Shown: positions 55,301 through 63,714 of the stretch, one piece after another
How the letters are laid out: every line of letters starts with the position of its first letter
Position numbering within the stretch: position 1 is the stretch's first letter
From: a virus
Lineage: Duplodnaviria > Heunggongvirae > Uroviricota > Caudoviricetes
Direction: 5' to 3' (one strand)
Length of the DNA: 64,000 nucleotides
Virus record (IMG/VR): IMGVR_UViG_3300047493_000037
Span: 30,713 to 94,712 of that record
Program-made: the position numbers and the translations under genes
The notes under the pieces: generated by a model
Told to the model about the DNA's origin: nothing
The model's database searches: none
The model's input: the letters and a program-made list of their open reading frames with translations, nothing else

Positions 55301-57249
55301 CGTTGGACGATATTGCGGCAACGCATTCGCTTGCTCCGTTTATTGGAGATGCTGGAACTGGCGGCACACAAGGACTAGTTCCAGCTCCTGGCGCTGGTAC
55401 AAAAGCTGCTGGAGATTTTCTTTCTGCTGCTGGAACTTGGTCTTATGTCGATCAATCAAAACCAATCTACGCTCCTTTTACGTTGGTTGGTGCTACACAG
55501 TGGATAGGCGCAGTTAATGCGAAATTTGAAAATCTTACAACCTACACCGGTATCGATGGTCACAAGCAGTATGCTGCCGTGGTTGCTGGTGGTGGGACTG
55601 GAACGTTATTTATCTGGGATATTACCAATCCAACTATCCCAGTTCTATGTTCGTTCGTAACTCTTGCAGGTGCATATAATATATCTGTCGCCCAAATTTC
55701 TGGCGCTATTTACGCATTTGTTCCGTCTTCCGGTGGATCGAGTCTTTACATCGTTAACATAACCAACCCATATTCGCTTTCTACAACCTCTAGCATTTTG
55801 ATTTCTGGAAGTCCGGGATCACTATATGATGCTGTTTATGCTAACGGATATGTATACATAGCTACACAAAATAAGGGTTTGACAGTTGTCGATGTCGGCG
55901 GCGGTTTGGCAGGTGGAACGCTTAGTACGCCAATTCAGTCTTATCAGGAAGGCGGCACGACTAATAAGTCTGCTGGTGTGGCAGTAGTTGGAAACTTTGT
56001 TTACACTACCAATTATCAAACGACCTTCCCAGCTACGGTTCGCTATCTAAAAACATGGGAACTTGCCGCTGGCGGTGGAACTTTAGCAGTTCCATTCTTA
56101 GCAAACACTTATACTATTCCTGGCGGTCCTACACCTACATCTACTAAACCTTCTGGCATTGCTGTCAGTTCTTCTGGTAACACAGCATTTGTCACTGATG
56201 GTGGTCAGAGTGTTATCGACATCATTGACGTTACTTCGCCCACGTCTCCCAATTATCTAACGTACATTACACCATCATATACTCTTGTAACCAATACGTT
56301 GGAAGAGGTCGTCGTGTCTCCTCTAATTAATGGGAACTACATCTACGTGCCTTCTGGCGCAAATGCTACAAATGGTGGATGCATCGACCTGTTTGACATT
56401 ACTATTCCTTCTGCTCCAGTAAAGGTTAAATCGGTTTACACTGGGGTACCGAATGCTGTTTTCGGGGGTTTAGCTTTAAACAACGGATACATTTTCTGTG
56501 CAGATTATGGAGTTTCTGGAGGCTATAGTGCACTTGACGTATTCACCCAAGCCTTCCTTAGTCCAACCTTTGGGTTGCCTGTTACGTCTAATATACAAGT
56601 TGAGCAATTGAGTCCAAATACAGCTTTGATAAGTAATGGCAGTCAACAGCTCGCGAGCAGTATAACTACAGCAACCGAGTTAAGTTACGTTCATGGCGTT
56701 ACTTCTTCTATTCAGGCTCAAATTAACGCCATCATGGGATCAGGTATCACTTCTCTGAATGGCGATGTCGTTGCAACTGGTCCAGGTGCAGCTACAGCAA
56801 CAATTCAACCAAATGTTGTCACTAATTCTAAACTTGCTGAGATGGCTGCAAATACAATAAAAGGCAACAACACTGGAGTGCTTGCGAACGCAATAGATTT
56901 GAGTGAAACTCAAGTTGCTGCAATGTTGTCTTCATTCTTTGATGCTTCTGGCTCAGCAAGTACTGTTCAAACTAACCTAAGTAACTACATAGATCCTACA
57001 TCTTTGCAGTTTGGCTGGAGTTATCAGAATCCACATTATTACACTCAACTTACTTATACTGGAAGTAATGTAACTGGTATCACTTACTGGGATTCTCCTT
57101 CTATGATAACCCAAATCTTTACTAAGGGTATAACTTATACTGGCGGGCTTGTTACTCAGGTTGTGCTAACAAGAATATCTGACAGTGCAACCTTAACAAA
57201 GACGATAACATACAGTGGCTCAGAAGTGTCCACTGTAACTAGGAGTTAA
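52333..57249 (+). CDS. Long tail fibre / receptor-binding protein with LVIVD-repeat propeller
   Basis: 1638 aa; LTGNVTGNV and LxGDVTG repeats; LFIWDITNP, LYIVNITNP and IIDVTSP LVIVD-like repeats. Confidence 0.75.
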   Translation: MAAGSLLQIYPFSAKPSPPPVGSFLFYMKTDDTLYLQDSSGVEYAFGSTAFISELVGDVTGMGPGVTTTTVAFVGGESAADVASAARAFLAATSSDTPNTIVTRDGSGNFSANIITASLNGNAATATSAGSATTAVSFTGPLLGDVTGTQDATVVSYVDSYTAAQVGISVAMTQAATALNTASTLVKRDASGNFSANVISASLVGNVTGNVTGNLTGNVTGNVSGSSSTFTGPLLGDVTGTQGATFIDPTVVSSKVLTGLATGANVPIAATDSILVAFEKVQAQISAIENSDVTAVTASSPLTSSGGATPNISFINQSANAFLAGPLTGMPAAPTFRVINTSDLPSLSAIYVPQSEVGVANGVASLDSNALVPLSEMQPSLIAPFYTEYHVNPGYTGATSTGSYNQPYTTIQAAVNAAQSYGSANSAVILHGTGTTENVVINNYSFNLLICYVNSTAVDNQLFLLNGNITISGLSTRIRLKDFKIQYPGGSQPDLIDSSSGRNYFSNVGFEGGGGIQYTGSWARWHEYTDCTISGTMNIAGSPSSGSQISLWRTRGGANYVLNSSNVTLALYDNFSVGNVTQTAGSLIIDGGRGFTAGSTISSTTNNGSDLLEILNVSLQTSGSSFAQINKTGTCPYILSNVFRNEVGDILTGTRLVQGASAADEKYVPTTPANWPSPPTSVLQALDDLAASISGISGSAITSLTGDGTATGPGGAVFTLATVNSNVGTFGSSTSIPVFTVNAKGLITAASGVDVVAPAGTLTGSTLASNVLSSSLTSVGTLTNLNVAGNVGIGTTSPRYSIDLQDLSTATSGTVYGMKSLLTAQPTSASAAQFKGVGGSAITPNAGTQNVYLLQGVSGMANHNAMGIVTYATGVDCEVYCAQSGTIQNAFGSYHQVAISNGGTIQNGYGSYIAAPYNTGGGGTWDNYYGLYVGNPSNVASGVNYAIYSQGGTNYFGGLIQAVGGLTGTVNYTPSTPSNWLTVPTSVSQALDDIAATHSLAPFIGDAGTGGTQGLVPAPGAGTKAAGDFLSAAGTWSYVDQSKPIYAPFTLVGATQWIGAVNAKFENLTTYTGIDGHKQYAAVVAGGGTGTLFIWDITNPTIPVLCSFVTLAGAYNISVAQISGAIYAFVPSSGGSSLYIVNITNPYSLSTTSSILISGSPGSLYDAVYANGYVYIATQNKGLTVVDVGGGLAGGTLSTPIQSYQEGGTTNKSAGVAVVGNFVYTTNYQTTFPATVRYLKTWELAAGGGTLAVPFLANTYTIPGGPTPTSTKPSGIAVSSSGNTAFVTDGGQSVIDIIDVTSPTSPNYLTYITPSYTLVTNTLEEVVVSPLINGNYIYVPSGANATNGGCIDLFDITIPSAPVKVKSVYTGVPNAVFGGLALNNGYIFCADYGVSGGYSALDVFTQAFLSPTFGLPVTSNIQVEQLSPNTALISNGSQQLASSITTATELSYVHGVTSSIQAQINAIMGSGITSLNGDVVATGPGAATATIQPNVVTNSKLAEMAANTIKGNNTGVLANAIDLSETQVAAMLSSFFDASGSASTVQTNLSNYIDPTSLQFGWSYQNPHYYTQLTYTGSNVTGITYWDSPSMITQIFTKGITYTGGLVTQVVLTRISDSATLTKTITYSGSEVSTVTRS
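52744..53057 (+). repeat. Exact 38 nt direct repeat within the fibre gene
   Basis: TTCACTGGCCCGTTACTTGGTGATGTCACTGGAACTCA at 52744-52781 and 53020-53057. Confidence 0.9.
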
Positions 57250-57251
57250 AT

Positions 57252-57560
57252 ATGGCAACTTTTGATCCTACTAACTTACCGTCTCAGCCTAATCCAATGT
57301 TACAGTCTAATGGTGGATATGCTCAAGTTGTAATTACCGCGACCGGAAGCGTATCTATGGAGCCTGGTGACTGGGTTGTGTTAAATCCCGCATTAGGTTT
57401 TTTGGACCCAGTAAGAAAAAATTTGTTTCAGGTTAGTAATGTTTTAGCTGCTAACTCTATTGAGATTTTGTATTCTCAAGATGGCGGTTTCACTTATCAA
57501 TCAGTCAACTTATCCTCTTCGTGGATAGTGTATGTTTTTCGCTTGCAACCAGGGAGTTAA
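57252..57560 (+). CDS. Small virion or fibre-associated protein
   Basis: AGGAG RBS; context. Confidence 0.55.
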   Translation: MATFDPTNLPSQPNPMLQSNGGYAQVVITATGSVSMEPGDWVVLNPALGFLDPVRKNLFQVSNVLAANSIEILYSQDGGFTYQSVNLSSSWIVYVFRLQPGS

Positions 57561-57563
57561 TCA

Positions 57564-59804
57564 ATGAGAACTTATTTAGCCGGCCTTCAAAATTCAACCC
57601 AGACTTCTTATGCCAACAACGGTAAGACAACTATTTTGGGAAGAGCTGCACAGAAAACTATTAACTCTCAATCTGTTATTGGGCCACCTCTTACACAGTT
57701 CATTGACGTAGAAACTCTTTGCGGCTTTGTTCCTACATATTGTTACTTTAATCCAACTACAAATCACCTATTTGCACTTGGACCTGCATCTTCTACGCCA
57801 ATTGTAGCTTTATTTAACTTTAATAATCTTACTGGTGTTTATTCTTATGTCGGCAAGGTTTTAATGTCGTTGCCCAATGCTGCGGCAACTACTTACACCT
57901 TTCGTGGTTTTACTGTTTATGAAAGCGCCGGAACAATATATCCTATTATTAGTGCCACAGGCAGCGTAGTTATTAATGGTGGAACCTATGTTGGTTGGGG
58001 GCTTACTACTTCAGATTTTACAGTTGGTGGAACCACTTTATGGTCTGCTAATACATCTAGTCAAAAGGCAGTTTATTTCTTACAGGATCCAGCTGGTCTG
58101 GGTTCTGCAAACATCGCGACGACTAGCTGGGGTTGCTCACTTCCACAGTTTTCTTCAAGTTCTGGAGTGAATACTAAGGTTTGGCAATGGAATGGCACAC
58201 TTGCTCTTCCTCAGCTTTTCTCTTGGGATCTTTCTCTAACGCCAACTGTTGCTGGAACTGTAACTAATGGTATTTCTGCCCAAACAATGCTTTATGCTGG
58301 TACGTCTCCATCAGCTTTTTTCACTATGGGCACTTCTAGTAACGGATATGCTAATGGTGATATGGTTGTGCTGATGAACGGTAGCGGTAGCGTACCTACT
58401 GCTTTTAATGCTTGGACTGCAGGAACTGCCCAGGTGGCTGCAACCAACGTTTATTTTATTCGTGATTTGCAGCTAGTTTCTAGCAATTATTACTTCAATT
58501 TAGCAACAACTTCAGGTGGGGCTGCGGTAACGCCAACATCTTCTACTTCTAGTTTTACTATGATAAGAGCTTTTGGAGCTAATTCTTCATTGTTTAGCTT
58601 AAAAACTGGTGTGTTGTCGACAGCTTTCAGCTTAGGAACAATTATTCAGGCGGACTCAGTTGGCTATGCTAAACCAGTTTCTGCTCCTGCAAATACTGCG
58701 CTAAATGGGCAAGATTGCTTATACATGCACACATCTGCTGGTCTCTACATGGGAAAAATTTCAGATCTAACTTCGTTAGGCACCACATGGGCTAGTATGA
58801 CATTTACTGGTGTTAACATTACGGGCACAGGTATTGATATTGTTGCGCCTTCTGCAACCTTAGGTTGCTACTCTGGGCAGAATAATGCTTTCGATGTCGA
58901 TCGTTTTGTCTATGTTACAAACACGGCCACATATGTTATGAAGCCTTATCAGTCTTCTAATATTAGTTCAGTGTTTGGTGGTGTCACCGATACATACTAT
59001 GAAACCTTAAACCCTGTCACTGTACAAATGGGAGCTACTGCGTTAACGGGCGTAGAATCAGCTGGTGGTTGGTTATTTGCTTGTTCAAGTGGTGTTGGTC
59101 AGCGTGGTATTGTCTTTGCAGACATGTACTCAGACGCCCTTTTTGGTAACTCCGTCGTTATCAGTCCTGTTTTGTCTGTGCAGGCATCAAGCATGTTTGA
59201 GTATATTGCTACAGTTGAACAACTTTTCAACTATACTGACTCTATGAATTTTTGGATTCGTAGCGCGTCTACATCTACAGATGCTAGTTTTTCTTCTGCA
59301 AGTGCGCCTTCTGGCTATGGTCCAACATCAAATGGTTGGACTCTAATCAGTACGGCAACTAACTTAGCTTCTACAACAATTGGTCCATATTTTCAGTTTG
59401 CAATTACTTACGATATTTTAACATTAGATGCGAACACACCAGCTCAGTTGAATGACCTGGTTTATACCATCATCGGTCCTAATGATATCTCTGATTATTG
59501 GGCAGGATCTAACAATAACACTACGCAGAATGGTGTAAGTCCAGCTTATACGGCGTTCTTGTTACAGCAAGCATACGCTAGCAGTGTTCCAACTCTCTAC
59601 TTCCGCGCGTACGATGAAAATGGAAATTTGGTAGCATCAGCTAACACCGCGTCTAATCCTACGTCGTTTCAGTACACTACAAACAATGGTTTAACCTGGA
59701 ATGCTCTTGGAACTATACCAAACACGATAGATACCACTGAGGTGAGATACATCTGGGCAACTCCTCCTGGTGTTCCTGTGTTTACCAGCATAAGAGAGTC
59801 ATAA
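57564..59804 (+). CDS. Virion structural protein (beta-rich, fibre/baseplate)
   Basis: 746 aa T/S/G-rich protein in the fibre cluster. Confidence 0.6.
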   Translation: MRTYLAGLQNSTQTSYANNGKTTILGRAAQKTINSQSVIGPPLTQFIDVETLCGFVPTYCYFNPTTNHLFALGPASSTPIVALFNFNNLTGVYSYVGKVLMSLPNAAATTYTFRGFTVYESAGTIYPIISATGSVVINGGTYVGWGLTTSDFTVGGTTLWSANTSSQKAVYFLQDPAGLGSANIATTSWGCSLPQFSSSSGVNTKVWQWNGTLALPQLFSWDLSLTPTVAGTVTNGISAQTMLYAGTSPSAFFTMGTSSNGYANGDMVVLMNGSGSVPTAFNAWTAGTAQVAATNVYFIRDLQLVSSNYYFNLATTSGGAAVTPTSSTSSFTMIRAFGANSSLFSLKTGVLSTAFSLGTIIQADSVGYAKPVSAPANTALNGQDCLYMHTSAGLYMGKISDLTSLGTTWASMTFTGVNITGTGIDIVAPSATLGCYSGQNNAFDVDRFVYVTNTATYVMKPYQSSNISSVFGGVTDTYYETLNPVTVQMGATALTGVESAGGWLFACSSGVGQRGIVFADMYSDALFGNSVVISPVLSVQASSMFEYIATVEQLFNYTDSMNFWIRSASTSTDASFSSASAPSGYGPTSNGWTLISTATNLASTTIGPYFQFAITYDILTLDANTPAQLNDLVYTIIGPNDISDYWAGSNNNTTQNGVSPAYTAFLLQQAYASSVPTLYFRAYDENGNLVASANTASNPTSFQYTTNNGLTWNALGTIPNTIDTTEVRYIWATPPGVPVFTSIRES

Positions 59805-59805
59805 T

Positions 59806-60798
59806 ATGAGTTATAGTCAAAACTTCTTTGGAAAATTTACTCAGCTTTTGCCAATAACCTCTATCGCAAACACAACTGCTCCAGTGTTTTCGGGGGTTTC
59901 TTCCGCTGTTGGCAATAATGATGGTTCTGTAACTGTTAACTGGTCACTTGCCACTGGAAGCGCAGCTACACCTATAAGGTATAAGGTGTATATAGCAGCT
60001 GGAGCCAGTGTGAGTCCTTCTTCTTTATTTGTTGCTGGTAATATTGCAGAAGAAGCACCTTCTACATGGACAAAAGCTAATGTTTTTCAACTAGGAGATC
60101 AGGCAACTTATCTAGTTAATGGTCAAACTTACACTGTTGGCGTGAGAGCTTTTAGCTCACAGAATATTACTGAAACAAATACAGCAACTGTAAATGTTAC
60201 TGCAATTGCTTCTGGAAATCTAGCTACAGTGCTTCAAACCATTGCTACAAGCTTAGGGGTTGTTGAGACTAATTTGTCGACGACAGCAACTAATATTGCT
60301 ACCACAGAGACGTTGCTAGCGGGAGATATTTCTACTTTTAATACTTACTTGGGAACTTTTTCTTCTAATTTAACCACGCTTGCTAGCGCAAATGCTACAT
60401 ATGCTAGCAACAATACTAGCTTTTCTAATTATTTAACCGCATTAAATACTTATTTAACTACGTTTGCCAGTGACTTATCAACGCTTTCAACAAACTTATC
60501 TACGATGTCGTCTTTGAATAGTAGTATAGCGACATCTGCTAGTAGCTTAAGCACTTCCGCATCTGGTTTGGCTTCTTCGGCTACCAGTATAGCGTCTACT
60601 GAATCATTGTTAGCAACAGATGTATCTACTTTTAGTAGTGACTTGACCACGTTCGCCAGTGACTTGACCACGTTCTCTAGCTATTTGACAACCATGGGAA
60701 CAGATATCAGTAACCTATCTACGGCAACGACTGGCGTCACTGCGGCAGCGGCAAGCATTGCAACGTCTGCTTCATTGATAGCAGCAACTATATTGTAA
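59806..60798 (+). CDS. FN3-like domain plus T/S-rich heptad stalk (fibre or whisker-like)
   Basis: TVNWSLATG...YKVY...YTVGVRA FN3 pattern, then TFASDL-type heptads. Confidence 0.6.
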   Translation: MSYSQNFFGKFTQLLPITSIANTTAPVFSGVSSAVGNNDGSVTVNWSLATGSAATPIRYKVYIAAGASVSPSSLFVAGNIAEEAPSTWTKANVFQLGDQATYLVNGQTYTVGVRAFSSQNITETNTATVNVTAIASGNLATVLQTIATSLGVVETNLSTTATNIATTETLLAGDISTFNTYLGTFSSNLTTLASANATYASNNTSFSNYLTALNTYLTTFASDLSTLSTNLSTMSSLNSSIATSASSLSTSASGLASSATSIASTESLLATDVSTFSSDLTTFASDLTTFSSYLTTMGTDISNLSTATTGVTAAAASIATSASLIAATIL

Positions 60799-60844
60799 GG
60801 GATTTATAAGGTAGAGATGTGGAGTTGCGTTTATTTGATGAGTA

Positions 60845-60878
60845 GTGGGGAAAAAACCTTATTGGCTTTATTCCCCAC
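60845..60878. terminator. Hairpin between convergent genes
   Basis: GTGGGGAA...TTCCCCAC 8 bp stem with an 18 nt loop. Confidence 0.45.
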
Positions 60879-60904
60879 ACATGCTTAAGATAATTTACGA
60901 GTAA

Positions 60905-61282
60905 TTATTCAGTGATGAGTTCGTCCAGAACGATAAGTTCTTGAGCTGTTAGAGATGCCTTATCACCAAGCTCCCCTAACTTAAGTTTTCCAACTTCAAT
61001 TTCAGTGAGTAAGAGTGCATTAAGTTCAGCTACAAATGCATCTTTGTTTTCTCCAGACAGCCTTACAGAGTTATTATCATCTATTAGCAATGAACCGTCT
61101 TCTTTCTTTTCGCCAAAGCGCTTTAGTGCCTCACTGCGAACTTCTTCATATTTGGTAAGTTCATCGGTGACAACCTTGATGATGCCCCTTAGCTTAAAAG
61201 CGGTTCTCAAAGGAATTTCCTGAGATGCCAGCTTTCTAATAATTGCTTGGTATTGTGGATCTACGAGTTTACTTAGCTTCAT
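60905..61282 (-). CDS. Hypothetical helical protein (DUF1617-like)
   Basis: AGGAG RBS and GTATAAC box; resemblance by eye only. Confidence 0.6.
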   Translation of the reverse strand: MKLSKLVDPQYQAIIRKLASQEIPLRTAFKLRGIIKVVTDELTKYEEVRSEALKRFGEKKEDGSLLIDDNNSVRLSGENKDAFVAELNALLLTEIEVGKLKLGELGDKASLTAQELIVLDELITE

Positions 61283-61320
61283 ACATTATCTCCTGATATA
61301 GTTATACTAGGAAAAATATT

Positions 61321-61641
61321 ATGGACTTGCAAAAAATTGAAAACGACGGTGAATCACTTGTTTCGACTCTAAATGCAGATGGAATTCCTATTCCCCTAAT
61401 AAGAGATCCAGTTTCCAAGGTTGGTTCAGTCCCTCTATCTTTAGTTGTTCTTTCCACCTTACTAGTTGTCGTTGGCATTATAAGCAAGTGGGCAGGAAAA
61501 CTAGGTGGAATTGACATGAATATGGCTATGCAATTCTTTTATGCCAGTTGCTCCCTATACGTAGGTCATACCTTGGTTGCTAAACCAGTGACTCCAACAG
61601 TTCATCCGAATGCCCCTGTTGATAATCCAGATAATAATTGA
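61321..61641 (+). CDS. Holin-like membrane protein
   Basis: Two hydrophobic helices and small size. Confidence 0.45.
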   Translation: MDLQKIENDGESLVSTLNADGIPIPLIRDPVSKVGSVPLSLVVLSTLLVVVGIISKWAGKLGGIDMNMAMQFFYASCSLYVGHTLVAKPVTPTVHPNAPVDNPDNN

Positions 61642-61797
61642 ATGCCCATCCAAGGGTACATATTTTGATTAAAAATGCATCCCGGGACATCTAAACACCC
61701 TTAGAATCATGATCTATTGATCCATATTGATTCCCGTTTAACCACTCTAATGGATACTCTATGATATTATAGTGATAGGCTGGTAGCCTTGGGGAAC

Positions 61798-62205
61798 ATG
61801 ATGTCAGATACTAAGAAGATCGACTATATACAGGAAAAGGTTGACTCAATGTCGACCGCCGTCGCCAGCATTGATAAAGAAATTGCCTTACAGAAGGCTG
61901 CCTTTGACACACACACCGAGCAAGACGAAAAAATGTATGGCGAGCTCAAGCGCATGAACGATATTCTTCAAGACAACACGGCATCGCTCAAAGAGCACAT
62001 GCAGCAAACCATGCTGTTAAAAAATATGGTTCTAAAGATGGATGAGCGTCTGTCTCCAATGGAAGTTGAATATATACAGAAAGCCGCAGTGAAAAGCTGG
62101 GTTCTTGCAAAGATAAAGTTTTTAGGGAAACTCGGTCTTGCCTTGGCAACTATTGATGCAGTGTGGATGTATTTGAAACCTGTCCTGGAAAGCTTGCTTA
62201 AGTGA
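61798..62205 (+). CDS. Coiled-coil protein with a C-terminal membrane segment (lysis accessory-like)
   Basis: Heptads followed by FLGKLGLALATIDAVWMYL. Confidence 0.5.
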   Translation: MMSDTKKIDYIQEKVDSMSTAVASIDKEIALQKAAFDTHTEQDEKMYGELKRMNDILQDNTASLKEHMQQTMLLKNMVLKMDERLSPMEVEYIQKAAVKSWVLAKIKFLGKLGLALATIDAVWMYLKPVLESLLK

Positions 62206-62277
62206 GTATAACTGATATTATGATAACGTTGGCCATGAGAATAATCTCATGCCCGTAACTTCTTAAGGAGAAGGATT

Positions 62278-62679
62278 ATGGCTACACAAAATGAACTACA
62301 GGGTGGTAATACCACTTCCCCAAATCGTGCCCCAGCGGCAAAGGTTATTGCTGGCGCGCTAGCAAACAACCGCGTTGCTCAGGCTCTTATTGCTGCGCTC
62401 GGCTCTGATAGCGTGTTCGCTATCGTTGCTACCAGCACTTCAACTACTGTGAACTTCACTGCTCTTCAGGTTGGCGACATTCTAGTGCATGTTCCTGCTA
62501 CCGCAGGTAACACGTCTTTCGAGACGGTCACTGCCGCTGGAACTAAGCCTTCTGCTGCTGTTGTTGGCGACCTCTACGTCGGTCTTCGCATCGTTAACCT
62601 CGATGCTAACAACCCAATCGTTCCAGCTGGTGGTCAGCTCACTGGCAGAACCACTGGTGACGGCGGTCTTGAGTTCTAA
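62278..62679 (+). CDS. Probable virion protein
   Basis: AAGGAG RBS, A/T/G-rich, highly expressed codon style. Confidence 0.55.
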   Translation: MATQNELQGGNTTSPNRAPAAKVIAGALANNRVAQALIAALGSDSVFAIVATSTSTTVNFTALQVGDILVHVPATAGNTSFETVTAAGTKPSAAVVGDLYVGLRIVNLDANNPIVPAGGQLTGRTTGDGGLEF

Positions 62680-62682
62680 GTT

Positions 62683-63105
62683 TTAGTTTGAATTAATATC
62701 TGAGCTCACCTTGTTGCAAAACTCGGTGAGCTCTTTTATTTTCTGGCTCACAAATTCTTTATCATTGAGTTTGCGATTTCTGCCGGATGGATGTGGCATC
62801 TCGTAGAAGGCGACTCCAAGCAGTGTCAAAGCTTTGGCCGCCGTTTTTCCCAATGCAACTATCTTCGTTGGATAAAGACCATTAATATCTGAAGCAAGTC
62901 TCTCTAGGCTTGTTTCGATCTCTTCTTGAGTGAGCGGACGATTCTCTGCTGTCTTCTGATTCATAACATTAATATGAACCTTGGTTCCCTCGATATCCTT
63001 AATCCACTCAGTGAGAATTTTACTAGATTTGGTAGAGCCATGGAACGCTACGTCGCACGTAGACGCATTTGAAGGATTAGAACCTACGAATAGTATTGTG
63101 CTCAT
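62683..63105 (-). CDS. Minimal uracil-DNA glycosylase-superfamily protein
   Basis: ILFVGSNPS, IVALGKTAAKAL and MPHPSGRN. Confidence 0.75.
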   Translation of the reverse strand: MSTILFVGSNPSNASTCDVAFHGSTKSSKILTEWIKDIEGTKVHINVMNQKTAENRPLTQEEIETSLERLASDINGLYPTKIVALGKTAAKALTLLGVAFYEMPHPSGRNRKLNDKEFVSQKIKELTEFCNKVSSDINSN

Positions 63106-63554
63106 TTGCCCACCGTGTAAGTGATCTCGTGAAAACCGTCTTCCCTCTTCTGAATATCAGTCTTAACATCTGGCATGTCAAGAATCTCTTGAAAGTCTCT
63201 GTACAAATCTCTAGCCACAACCTTGGTAATACCACAGTTAATCATTAGTCGCATACAGAGCTTGCACGGACTCAACGTGCATATCAGCGTGCACCCTTCC
63301 ATGGAGATGCCGTGACGAGCACAGTTAGCAATTAAGTTCTGCTCCGCGTGCAAGATGAACTCGTACTTCAATGGACGAGTATTAGGAAGTGCAGTATCGC
63401 TTGCGCCTCTAACAAAGCCGTTAAAGCCTGTGGCGATAATAGCCCCAGAAGTGTCATTCACAAGTACAGCGCCAACTTTTGTCTCTGCATCATGTGAACG
63501 CTTGGAGACGACGTCGGCAACTTCCATGTAGTTTGATACCTTAGAAGGTCTCAC
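63102..63554 (-). CDS. dCMP deaminase (ComEB-like)
   Basis: HAEQNLI, SPCKLC, VGAVLV and TGFNG. Confidence 0.92.
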   Translation of the reverse strand: MRPSKVSNYMEVADVVSKRSHDAETKVGAVLVNDTSGAIIATGFNGFVRGASDTALPNTRPLKYEFILHAEQNLIANCARHGISMEGCTLICTLSPCKLCMRLMINCGITKVVARDLYRDFQEILDMPDVKTDIQKREDGFHEITYTVGK

Positions 63555-63691
63555 AGGATGTCATCCTTGAGCGACCATGGCTTGCTCTGCATCACCTTCC
63601 ATCCATAAGGACTACCAATGTCAGTGACGGTTATTTGGCTTTCGTAAGTTGAATTAGGCTTTTTGAAGTAAACTGTTCTATATGATGGCAT
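63551..63691 (-). CDS. 46 aa hypothetical protein
   Basis: MPSYRTVYF...KDDIL; its TGA overlaps the deaminase GTG start. Confidence 0.4.
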   Translation of the reverse strand: MPSYRTVYFKKPNSTYESQITVTDIGSPYGWKVMQSKPWSLKDDIL

Positions 63692-63714
63692 GAATGACCA
63701 ATCTGGTGAGTTCT

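Noticed and set aside
9121-62205. Separation of the endolysin from holin-like genes as a novelty
   Set aside because: Dispersed lysis genes are common in large phages, and the holin call is itself weak.
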